Assembly (NCBI GenBank): GCA_020536535.1
Contig: JAHLWZ010000827.1
Coordinates: forward strand, 35,810 to 99,809
Length of the DNA stretch: 64,000 nucleotides
Reading direction: 5' to 3'
Origin: Pelomyxa schiedti
Taxonomy: Eukaryota > Protista > Evosea
Shown: positions 53,969-64,000 of the stretch, piece by piece
How positions within the stretch are numbered: position 1 is the stretch's first letter
Layout of the letters: each line of letters opens with the position of its first letter
Notes under the pieces: model-generated
What the model saw: the letters and a program-made list of their open reading frames with translations, nothing else
Databases searched by the model: none
What the model was told of the DNA's origin: nothing
Made by a program: the position numbers and the translations under genes

Positions 53969-54827
53969 CTATGAGGAGTGTCTCATAGCGTTGCACGGCC
54001 TGGCGTTGTTCTTGTCCGCTGTCATTGAACTTGTAGTACAACCGCCGTGGGTGGCGGCGAGAGGCGGGAGCCTCTTGGTAATCACCTCGGGATAGTGCTG
54101 CTGTGCAAAATTGTGGGTTCCGTTGTTGTTGTTGTTGTTGTTATTGGTGCTGCTGTTGTTTGAATAAGGTGTTGATGTTGATCCTGTGGATGGTGGTGCT
54201 TGGGTGTTTGTTGTTGTCGTTGTTGCTGCTGTGAGTGGGTGGGTGGCAGGGGGATAGAGCCGCAGCTTGTGTAGAGTACCCCCGAGCAACCCCAAGTCCG
54301 ACGTGTGAGGGGGAGCAGCAGCGGGAGGAGGGGAGTGCCTGGGGTGCGCGGCCCTGGCCCCCCCGCTGGGCAGCGTCTGGGCCAGGTGGGCCACCTCGGG
54401 CGAGTCCGTGCTCTTCGGCACGTGCGCGGTCTGCGGCAGCGGCGGCAGGTTGCTGACGGGCCCGCGGCGCCGCGGGTGCGGCGGCGACGCCGACGCGGGC
54501 GAGGAGGACGACGCGGCGGTCACGGCCATCAGCGCGTGGTGCAGGGGCGAGAGCCGCGGCGCCGACCGCGTCGACGGCCGGTCCGCCCTGGTGTGGTGGC
54601 GCAGGGGCCACGTGGCCACCGGCTGGGCGCTGGGGGAGGCGCGGGAGGCAATGGCGGCGATGGTGGGGCCGTTGTTGTTGTGCGGCGGCTGCGGCGGCGT
54701 GAGCAGGCCCATAAAGGCCAGAGTGGGGGGCGGGGAGGGCGAGGACTGTGAGAGGCCCTGCTCCAGGGCGGGGGTGGAGGGCGGGACTGGCGGGGGCTGC
54801 GAGAGTAGGACGGAGGGGGTGTCGGGG

Positions 54828-54860
<33 letters not shown>

Positions 54861-55965
54861 GTATGTGGGTGCTGCTGCCGCTGGTCCTGGGGATGATGGT
54901 TGTGATGGTGGTGCCGGGGGGGGGAATGGTGAGGAGGGGGTTGTGGCTGAGGTTGAGGTTGCGGTGTGGAGTGGCTGTTGCGGTTATGGGTTTGACTTGG
55001 GTAAAATATATCACATAGCTCTTCAAACGGCAGTGAGGGTTCGTGGCCTGTGTAGGCTGCTTCCAGCTCCACAAGCTTCTCAGTGTAGACGGGGTTCACC
55101 CAATTTGAAGTGAGTTGATAGCACACAGTACTACAAAGGAAAAAACCCCCAGTGATACCTGATATAAATATCCCAGTGAGGGAGTGCTCCCAGTAACCAG
55201 CTCTTTTACGTAAGAGGCAGCAGCATCCAGCTTCCATCCCATCCCCACCATCATCCACGCTATAGCTACAACAACACTCTGATTTAGGCCAGTCTCGCAC
55301 ATCACCACAGTCTTCCTGCGGGCCTCGTTTATTCCCGGCGCCGACCTGCTCCTCCTGTTCCTCCCAATAAAGTCAAAGCAAGCCGGCAGCACCCTGAACA
55401 AGTCCGTCTCTGCGGCCCTCTTCCCCCCCACCATGGCCACTCCCCCCGCCTCCGCCATATGCACCACCTTCACCCTCCTGCTCTTACTCCTGCCGCTGCC
55501 GCTGCCGCTGCTCCTGCTCCTGGCCTCGCCCTCGCCCCCGCCCCGCCTCCTCCTCCTCCCCTCCTCCTCGCCCATTTCCGCGTCTTGGCCCTCGCACGGG
55601 CGGGGCTTGTTGGGCAGCGGGGCGCAGGCCGCCCTGGGGTTGGCGGTCAGCACCAGGCACCGCGGCAGCCCCCCGGCCGCGACCTCCCGCGCGAAGTCGA
55701 CCACCTGCTGCGGCGACGCCAGGGCCCCCGACGCCCCCACCAGCAGCTCCCCGTCGACCAGCGAGACCGACACCGACACCGAGAGCGAGGCCGAGGCGGA
55801 CGAGCTGGCCGGCGACGGCGACCCGGGAGGAGGAGGAGGCGGCGGCGGCGAGCACCCGCTGGGGCTCGTGCTCGTCGTCGTGGACGTCGTGGACGTCGTG
55901 GTGCTGAATAGTACTACGGCAGGAGTTGGCGATGTAGGCGAAGGCGAAAGCTGCTGTTTTTGCAT
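53969..55965 (-). CDS. Dual-specificity phosphatase-like protein with degenerate active site and low-complexity C-terminus
   Basis: TDLFRVLPACFDFI, KTVVMCETGLNQSVVVAIAWMM...W.LDAA..YVK...PSLGYLYQ/LVELE match the DSP fold pattern; one intron at about 55076-55158. Confidence 0.75.
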
Positions 55966-56184
55966 TTTTCTTTGTTTTTCCTTTTTCTTGTTTCCACAAC
56001 TTCAAATTCGTCCGTTTTGTTTTTGGACCCACGAAGGGAATCGGGCTGGAGATTAGTACAAATCCCAAAAGCACCTTGCCATTTGCGGAAGGTTCCAGAG
56101 GTTCCGGTTGTTTGTTGGTATTGCATTATCCAGTTGAGTCGGACTTGGAGAGTTGGTGTTATCACTGCTTGATCTTCAGCCGTG

Positions 56185-57374
56185 TTAGGCCCCGCGAACT
56201 TTTGTGAAAGTGTTTGTTTGTGTTACTTGCATAGAACCTCCTGGGTTCTGTTTTGTTATGTTAGGTTTTTTACAGTCTACATAGTGCAGCGTGGGTGAGG
56301 GATGCGGGACCACTGGAAGGAACGCACTGTTCAATGGATTCTTCCGTGGCGGCTGAGAGTGATGTGGAACCAATGGCTTTGAAGGAAAATGTATTGCATA
56401 GACCCCAGGCGCCATAGCGGACACCACTGTACCTCAAAGAGTCGAAGGAGGCGTCAGGGTTCAGCATGAAGTTGAATTCTAGAAAGCTGTAGTGGTAGAC
56501 AAGCTTGGTGGTTTCACTGTCTAGTACTTGGACATCGCGTATCACCAGTTTAGCTGTAACACGTTGCTGTCCAGTTCTTGACTGTGATGAACCTATATCA
56601 AAGAAATAGCTGCCCGGTCTCATTAAGGCCATTTCAATTCCTTGGTTGCGTGCTTTTTTGAGAGTCAGGAAAAGTCAATGGGGAAAAGCCAATTTACCCC
56701 AATAGGATGTAATGAAAGACCCTATATACAGAATAGGTTGTGAGTAGTTCTCAATGACACGAGAAATTGTTGGTTCTTCAATTCCCATTTCATTAAAGAG
56801 GCGATATATTTCACTCAGTAGTTCTTCATCAGTTACTCCTGGTTTAGCTTTTTTAATTGTGAGATGGAAGGTTTGTGTATATGATTAAATAAATAGAGCC
56901 TATTTAAAGTTAAGTGATGACTAGCACTACATGCCCACATAGTATGGACTTGTTTGGCGACTGTCCTCCTATCCTAATGGCAAGTCCATTTATGTCTCGC
57001 AGAAACATTTTCCTTGCATTCAATTTGTGTTTGCAGGCCACAAAAACAAAAGGATAGTCCCGCGAGAATTCCTCCCCATAATCAGACCCAGTAGACTACG
57101 TTAAAGAAGGTCAAAAAGCTCGCAGGAAAAAAAAAAAAATAAAAAAAAAAAGAGCACACACAGGTTGAGTTGCGGCAAAATTGGTAGTATCGTACAACAT
57201 TTTTCTCTCACCAGCATTAAATTCCCGGCTTATTGACTGCACGACCATTTCCCTCCCCTGCTCGTCAGCTACACCATTACCCCCACTCGATGTCCCTGCT
57301 TTTGTTGACGATGATGACGACGTAGTTGTGGTTGTGGGCTGGTTGTTGTTGTTTCGTGACGAAAGGAACCACAT
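56185..57374 (-). CDS. Hypothetical protein, multi-exon
   Basis: ATG 57374 in an A-rich context; open exons at 57164-57374, about 56935-57095, about 56700-56880 and 56270-56660 separated by GT-AG introns; no family recognised. Confidence 0.55.
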
Positions 57375-57460
57375 TTTATTGTTTTCGGGTTTGTGAAAAT
57401 TTTCTATTAATTTGATTGTTACCACAGTGTCAGGATTTGGAGTTCCACAACCCCAATTTC

Positions 57461-59970
57461 CTACGACAACAGGTTGACTACGTTGGCGATATGGGTTTTA
57501 CATATGGGGCAGGAACTGCGTGTAAGGCTGCATTCACTAGTGATTTGGTGAGAGGTGCATTTAGCGGTGGTGGACAAACCTGCATAGAGCAAAGTGCAAA
57601 CAGGGGTGACATAGTACCTCACGCCTCCTCAGTCCGCAAGCCGTGCACACGGTAATGCTGGCTTCTAGGTCTCTCATCATTCTGTCAGTCAAGCCCCCAC
57701 TCGTGTCCAAGGAGGTACCATTGAGTGGGGGTGATATTGACAGGGAGGAGACCGGCGGAGGTGTCCGGCTGCGGGGAATCTGAAGAGGGGCGTGGCGTTC
57801 AATGGGCTGTGGTTGAGAAGTATGCTCAGCCGGTTGCGGAATTGGTTCTCGAGGCGCTGTTGGAATTGGGATATCACGTGTTTGAAGTACAAGTGGGGGA
57901 GGCTGCGGTTGTGCATGTGCTAGGGGGGTAGGCCTAGGCACAGTGTGCATGTCCGTAGGGGGTTTCTGGTGAATCATATTTCTAAATGTGTGCGGTACAA
58001 CAGTAAAATTTGAGAACTTGATAACTTTGTTGTGCAACTTGTCATTTACAGCCGTTTCTTTAGAGTCGTGACGCAGGTGGGTTGGGGATGACATAGACCT
58101 CCCTCGGCACTGGTGGTTATGAGTTGCCGGCTGTACTGGAAAACAGCAGTTCCGTGGGTCATCCAAGAAGGGATCATCCCCAAATAAATATGCAAAGGCT
58201 CCATGTGGCCACGCTAAACCTTCCATACCGTTGCTTTCAGACCCAATCCTCTCTCCAGGACGAATCCAACAAAAGTGTCTAGCACCTGCATCAAATAATT
58301 CCTTGATGGAAACTTGCTGAAATCGGCCTTGCTTCCAAAGAACTTCGGTTAGATTTGACGACCAGGGGTGTGCAGCACCAAATTCCATCACAACAGTGTG
58401 CGCCGATTTTGTTTGTTCCGTGGGTAGGCTCGAGTCGGGCTCTGGTGAAATGGGAACAGTGGAGGAGGGTACCTCCACTGAAGTCTCTTGTTGTTGCAAG
58501 CAAGTGTCTAGCGACGGTTTTCCAATTGTTACTGAATACAGCACTTGGCCGCGTACGTCAGTGTACACAAATCCACCAACTGAGGCGAAGGCAATAATGG
58601 ATTCAAATCTCAGCCTACTCGGCGATTTGCCTTCCTTTCCTGTGGGGTCCTTAATATCAGATGCAGTGCAGTCACATGATTCGGAGGAAGTGTCGGGTTC
58701 ACTGGACATAAGTTGTGCAAAGCCAGGAAGTGGGTAACACCAGGCAAACGAGGCTGCACGTTGGCGTATTTGAGGAGGCAATACTCGGGCGTGCTCTGAA
58801 GTCAAGACATTCCAAGGTGAAGTTGACCCTACGGTACTCACAGCTTCTAAATCTCCGCTGGCTTCGGAAACAGCATAAATGGATGTTCTGCTGCGTGCTT
58901 GTAAGTGGAGTGTCTGAGATGCACTTTTAGGATAGAGGGAAGTGAGTGCTTGCAAAAGGCACTCTGCCTCAACTTCATATGCACAGATATCAGGTATGAC
59001 ACTGTGGAAGCAAACTCCAGAGGGAACAACATGAAAAGGTCCAAGTTGGTTGGGGAACGATGTGCGCCACTGAGGCAACTGCATGAAGAGCTCCTCAGAA
59101 ATAGGTGGTGAGATAGATGGAAGAGACTGGTGGAGGTGCCGAATCAATGAATTTGGTTGGAGTGAGGGGTTGTGCTGTACAGGGGGCAAGTTGGCCTGAT
59201 GTCCAGGTGGATGAGTGGGCGGGTGTGGTTGATAGTAAGGAAGTGGCAGTTGGGTGCTAGAGTTAAAGGTTGCTGAAGAATAGGGTGGAGGAGTAGATTG
59301 TACAACAGGGTAAGAGGGACAATAGGGCGACGGGACAGTAAGTAGAGTAGACTCTAAATAAAGTCAAAGAGAAACCAACGGCGGAAGTGTTTGGTTTTTT
59401 AAAACAAAATGTAAAAAAGCTCAAGAATCTATAGTACTCATGCATAATTTAAACACACCAACCAGGAGTTAGATGCTTGTGCTTCGTGTGGTCTATCTCA
59501 GAGTCTCCAGAAATGGTTGTAACAGACCACACGTTGCCATCACGTAAAAGTAAAATAGTGTGCAAGCCGTTCGCCGCGCCGCCAACGCCAACGTTTTTCG
59601 CCTCGGAGGAAGTGTTCCTTATGTGAGCGTTTGAATACAATACAGCCAGGAGCTCGTCGACCAAGCCGCACAACGCCGCGTCGCTGGAGGTTGGTCGCGG
59701 TGTCCCATTATTGTCCGCAGTGGAGCCAAGATCGTCGGGCGGCCGTGGGCCGCGGAACGGCGGGTTGCGATCGCGGCTGAGATCTGGGCTACTGGCAGCA
59801 CGCGTGAGTTCAGTTCCGCTTGGGCCGCCGCGGTTGAGGTTGTTGTTCACGTGTTGGGTTTGATTGCCGGGTTGCGGGTGCTGCGGCTGCTGTTGCAATC
59901 TCTGACGGTGAAGTCGTTCGTAGTGATCTAGGTATCGCTGTTGTTGTTGCACCGAGTACCGTGCTCCCAT
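57461..59970 (-). CDS. C-terminal C3HC4 (IAP/MGRN-type) RING finger protein, putative E3 ligase
   Basis: CTAC..EVLCHPCLHFALC/..ECSLTRSSCPICKTHI at the C-terminus after splicing; starts MGARYS. Confidence 0.75.
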
Positions 59971-60539
59971 GAAGAACCTGACGTTTTCTCTTTTCTGATG
60001 GGTTTTTCCCGCAACCCGGCAACAACTTCTGCGTAAAATGCACTGCCTGTTGCAGTTCTCCACCAATTCCACCAATTCGGCCAAGAATCACTCGTGGTGT
60101 CACTCCGTTTGTGGAAAGACTTCCCTCCATGAACCGAAGTTTTTGACCCACAACAAAAACAAGGGCTAGCATCACACTCCGGCCGTATTGAAAAACTGGT
60201 ACCACAAATGGCTGGTTGCGTACATTGATAGCTCAGTTGGTGTCACCTCTCTTTGTCACTTTTGTTGGAAAGTCAACGTCTCAACTACAGTAATGCCGCT
60301 GCTGTACGCCAATCAGCCCTCCTTTACGCTGACACAACAATTCTTGCTGGCCTACAGAGGCGTTATGAGTGGTTATTGGTAACAAATCAACCTTGTGTTT
60401 CCAGTAATAACTTTGCAACAGCAACAATTGTCAGTTCCGCTGGCAGTTTTACTTTGTTTTTTGTGTTAAACTTTGTTTATTTCGTTTTTGTTTAGCTTAA
60501 TCTTCTTTATGTTTTTGTTCTTGTTCTCAACAACACAGG

Positions 60540-61900
60540 TCATTGACGCTTCCATGATGAGGAGAAGGGGCACAGCAGTATGTTTCCATTTCTCTTCTCC
60601 ATTTTTCTTTTTCCACTTCTCACATTTGAAAACCAGGTGCTGTAGATGTCAGGTGTGCGGCTCCATTCCACCAGTATTCCTCTTCTTGAGTCCCCTCTCA
60701 CTCTCTCATTCTCTCTTTCTTGAATCACAAAGGGAACAAGCCTCCCTTTTTGGTGGCCTCCGCCAGGGGAACCTTGACCTGGTGGGGCCTGCAAGTTTAA
60801 CTGCGGCGGAACTATTGGAGTACTAGAACCTTTATTTGCAGCAGCCGCAGCATCAATTTGTGCCCAATGAGCGTCACTATATTGAGCACTGCAATGCCTG
60901 TACAGCTTTCCATCGCGACTCAAAGCAGCGGGTGTATCACATCCCGGAAATGCTTCTTTGGGCAATCCTTCTGATAGTGCCCGATTTCATTACAGTTGTA
61001 GCATTGTGGCGGTTGAGCAGCATGAAATGCGGCAACTTTCTTCTTCTCTGGAATTTCTCGCTTCTCCAGACCTTCCTTATTCCTTGCATATATTTTCTCC
61101 AAACGCTTGGCGGTAGTCATAACCTCTTCAAACTCCTTGAACTATCTCTTCTCAAGGTCCTCTTGAACTGACCCTCTAAGTCCTTTGACAAACAACTCAA
61201 CAAGCATTGACTCGCTACTATCACGTAGGTGAATTCTTGTTTCTTTTGCCCACATGATGTAGGTACTCTTGACACGGTGCACGTTTTCCAGACCATTGAA
61301 AAACCTTCTTGTAGATGGCCAAGGTAGACAGCCATTGTCGAGCGTTCTCCTTACCAGTATTTAGGCAAATCGACAGAATCATGGTGATGATCATCTGAAT
61401 CATATGATGAACTACTAGCTGCTTCAGAGCTAGATTCGGAAGTAGACGACGATGACTCCGAACTAGATGATTCAGAACGTGAATGCTTGTTCTGATGATG
61501 TTTAAGCTGGTGAGAATGTTTGTGAGATTTCCTCTCATCGTTACTAGAAGTTTCACTAGAATCATCACTTGACTCGGAACTAGATTCCTTCCTGTAATGT
61601 TTCCTACCCTTCTTACTAGAATGCTTCTGAAAATACTCTTTCTCAACTGACGTTATATGACTCTTGCTTGCGGGCTTAATATCTCCATCGCGATCTCCTA
61701 ACTTCTCACCAGCTGATACTTCAGAATCAAACTGCTTATTATGCTTACATTTGTGTTTATGGTGAGAACTCACTGATTTCTTCTCAATCTTACTTCTGTC
61801 AGGTACAACAACTGTAGGTGAAGTTTGTTGATAAAATAGGAACTCCAAACAACTTCTAAAGCTTTCCGGCTCCTTGGTAGATGGTTCTTGAAACGGAAAC
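60540..61900 (-). mobile_element. Degenerate retrotransposon gag-like sequence with CCHC zinc knuckle; no pol seen
   Basis: CYNCNEIGHYQKDC (CX2CX4HX4C); capsid-like LPKY/TGKENARQWLSTL....FQW split by a frameshift; several frame breaks with no obvious introns. Confidence 0.55.
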
Positions 61901-62181
61901 GCTGATCCTTGCGTTCTCTCTAACTACTATCAAACTCGCTACAACCAACTGTTTGCTAATTACTGGTTCTCTCGATATTCTGGCTCTTCGGTGACTGGTT
62001 ATTCTGATGACCTATTCTACCATTGCAAGCAGTATCCCCTGAGGCTATGAAAGACTGAATTGTAGTAAGAGAGTTGTGTCACATCAGACTTTCTCTTACA
62101 AGAACTAGTGCCGAACCGGTTTTTGTTGCTTGGCAATTTAAAAAAAAAAACAAAAAGGAAGGCAAGCCTGGAACCGGGCCG

Positions 62182-63704
62182 ATGGAAGCAGCTGTCGTTG
62201 AAAAACTCGCAACGTGGTGCAGCACCGCAACTGCCACTGGCGTACAGGCTTTTTTTTTTTTTTTTTTGGTTCTTCCGTAGTCGCACCGTAGGCCGCTAAT
62301 CCAATTACAATCCAGAGCCTGCAATATGTGCTCGGAGTCGATATCGGAGCCACGAACACACGTGTGGCACTACAGCGCGTCGGCGACTCTGAGGTTGTGT
62401 TTGTGAGCCAGATTCAGGCGGACAGGGTGAGCACATTGATCGCTCAGTTGGAGACACTGGCCTTGTCACTTTTGCCCTTGGTTGGTGGCGTGAGCCCTTT
62501 GTCTGCCTGCATTGACGCCGCCGGTCCTATTTCCGCCAACAGAAAAGAGGTTGGTGTTTGCTTGTGCTTTCTCGCTTGTGGGAATGAATTTATTTTGGGG
62601 AGCGGGTTTGTGGAACAGGTTTGAAACACATGGTTAACTCATTCTGTTTATTATTAGGTTGAAATCACAAACTGGCCAGATAAAGCAGACCGCACCCTCA
62701 ACGTTGATACCATGAATCCTAAACTGTTCCCATCAGGCAAAACTCTTCTTCTGAATGACCTTGAAGCCTGCTGTTATGGAATTCTTGGTCTGGATGCTGC
62801 TGGAACACTGGGGAAATTCTTTGCTCCTTTATGGTAAGCCCCTTGCTGCCTTTCTTTATTCCTTAACTTACTTGGTGTCAAGGGGACCAAATTTAGTGGC
62901 TATGCAGCCTTTCCACTGTAAGTAATTTCCTGGCCCTGTGGTGAAATTCATAAACTTTGTAGACCTTGTTCTGGCAATGGGTACTGGCCTTGGTGTTGGG
63001 CTTCTGCTGAGGATTGGTAATGAATTCAAAGTCGTACCAGCCGAAATTGGACACACCCTCCTGACTAGCTTTGGGCCCTCACACCCTGAATACACTGCTG
63101 ATACATCTTTGGCCAATTTTCTATCTACAAAATTGTAATGTGTACTTAACGTACTTAATTGTATTTATCAACTTACAGGTATGAAGGAAGACATGGTGTG
63201 GAATTTGAAGATATTTGTAGTGGACGTGGTTTGGAGTGGGCCTATGAATGGGTTGTTGCCTCACATAGAGTAGCAGATGTGGAGCCAAAACTCACAGCAG
63301 CCAAAGGTTCAGTTCTCTGTGTTTTGCCACTTTCTCAACATACAATAGTCGCTGAGAGGGGATCAGCTGAACCACCCTGCCCTTATGCCCGTGAAGCACT
63401 GTGGACCCATTACAAATATTTGCTCAGAGTAGCCCAGAATACCTGTATTGGAGTACAGACCAAGGGTGTAATTTTGGCTGGGGACAATCAAGTTGCATTA
63501 TCCAACCCAAATAACATTTACTAACATTTGTATCAGGTGAGCAACCATTCATTTGTGCGATCCTATGTCACACAGCTGCAAGAGCAATTCATGAACCACC
63601 CAAAGAAAGCTTGGTTGAATGGAATCCCTGTTGTGCAGCAGGAGATTAAAGTCAACATCAACATGATTGGCGCCATATATATGGCACAACAGCATACACA
63701 CTAA
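62182..63704 (+). CDS. glk: Glucokinase, bacterial Glk-type
   Basis: GVDIGATNTR, DAAGPI, LLNDLEA, LAMGTGLGVG, PAEIGH, EFEDICSGRGL, GVILAGDN; multi-exon. Confidence 0.9.
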
Positions 63705-64000
63705 AAGAGTAGCAAACAGATTCTTGTGCTCCTTTTTTGTTCTTTTGGTGTAAACAACAGTTACAAAAAGGCACCACACCACAGCAATGATTACACCATG
63801 GTGGGAATACAAACAACAGAGTAAACACATAATCAGGGTTGTTAACTCTGTGGGGAAACAGTGGATACAACAGTGCAAGTAAAACACAATTTGGAATCCT
63901 GCTCAGAATGTGTCACGGCGGGCATCGCCGTGACGCGTTTTGAGATGTTTCTCCCTTTTGGGATTTCCCCGTTCAAATGGCACACGGGGGAGGGGAGGTG

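Noticed and set aside
1-64000. CRISPR arrays, prokaryotic operons, endosymbiont or viral insertion
   Set aside because: No repeat-spacer array seen; the bacterial-like genes (pgsA, glk, probably the EEP) carry spliceosomal introns and sit among eukaryote-specific genes

Overview
Gene-dense eukaryotic DNA in the standard genetic code. It has many very short (about 30-60 nt) spliceosomal introns, micro-exons, GC-rich homopeptide-coding repeats and intergenic spacers often under 150 bp. The style suggests a free-living amoebozoan, plausibly an archamoeba such as Pelomyxa; this is inference only. I read 21 intron-containing protein genes: SRD5A/DET2-like reductase, ERCC6L2-like SNF2 helicase, ARM protein, importin-5, NAD epimerase, TBL1-like LisH/WD40, three MFS transporters, calpain, EEP hydrolase, PgsA-like transferase, two-UBL protein, ELAPOR/EIG121-like receptor, CSN6, Nup160, VPS9 GEF, DSP-like protein, an orphan, a RING protein and glucokinase. 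There is also a tandem tRNA-Ala(AGC) repeat beside a 100-N gap and a frameshifted gag-like relic. Most notable is a calpain that, spliced by hand, reads SAM-SAM-CysPc-domain III-ARM-like-UBR box. Also notable are a 386-bp tRNA repeat with a loop-inverted palindrome, an ELAPOR homologue with a doubled ectodomain, and a DSP pseudophosphatase. CDS coordinates are gene spans including introns. Exon structures were inferred by eye.
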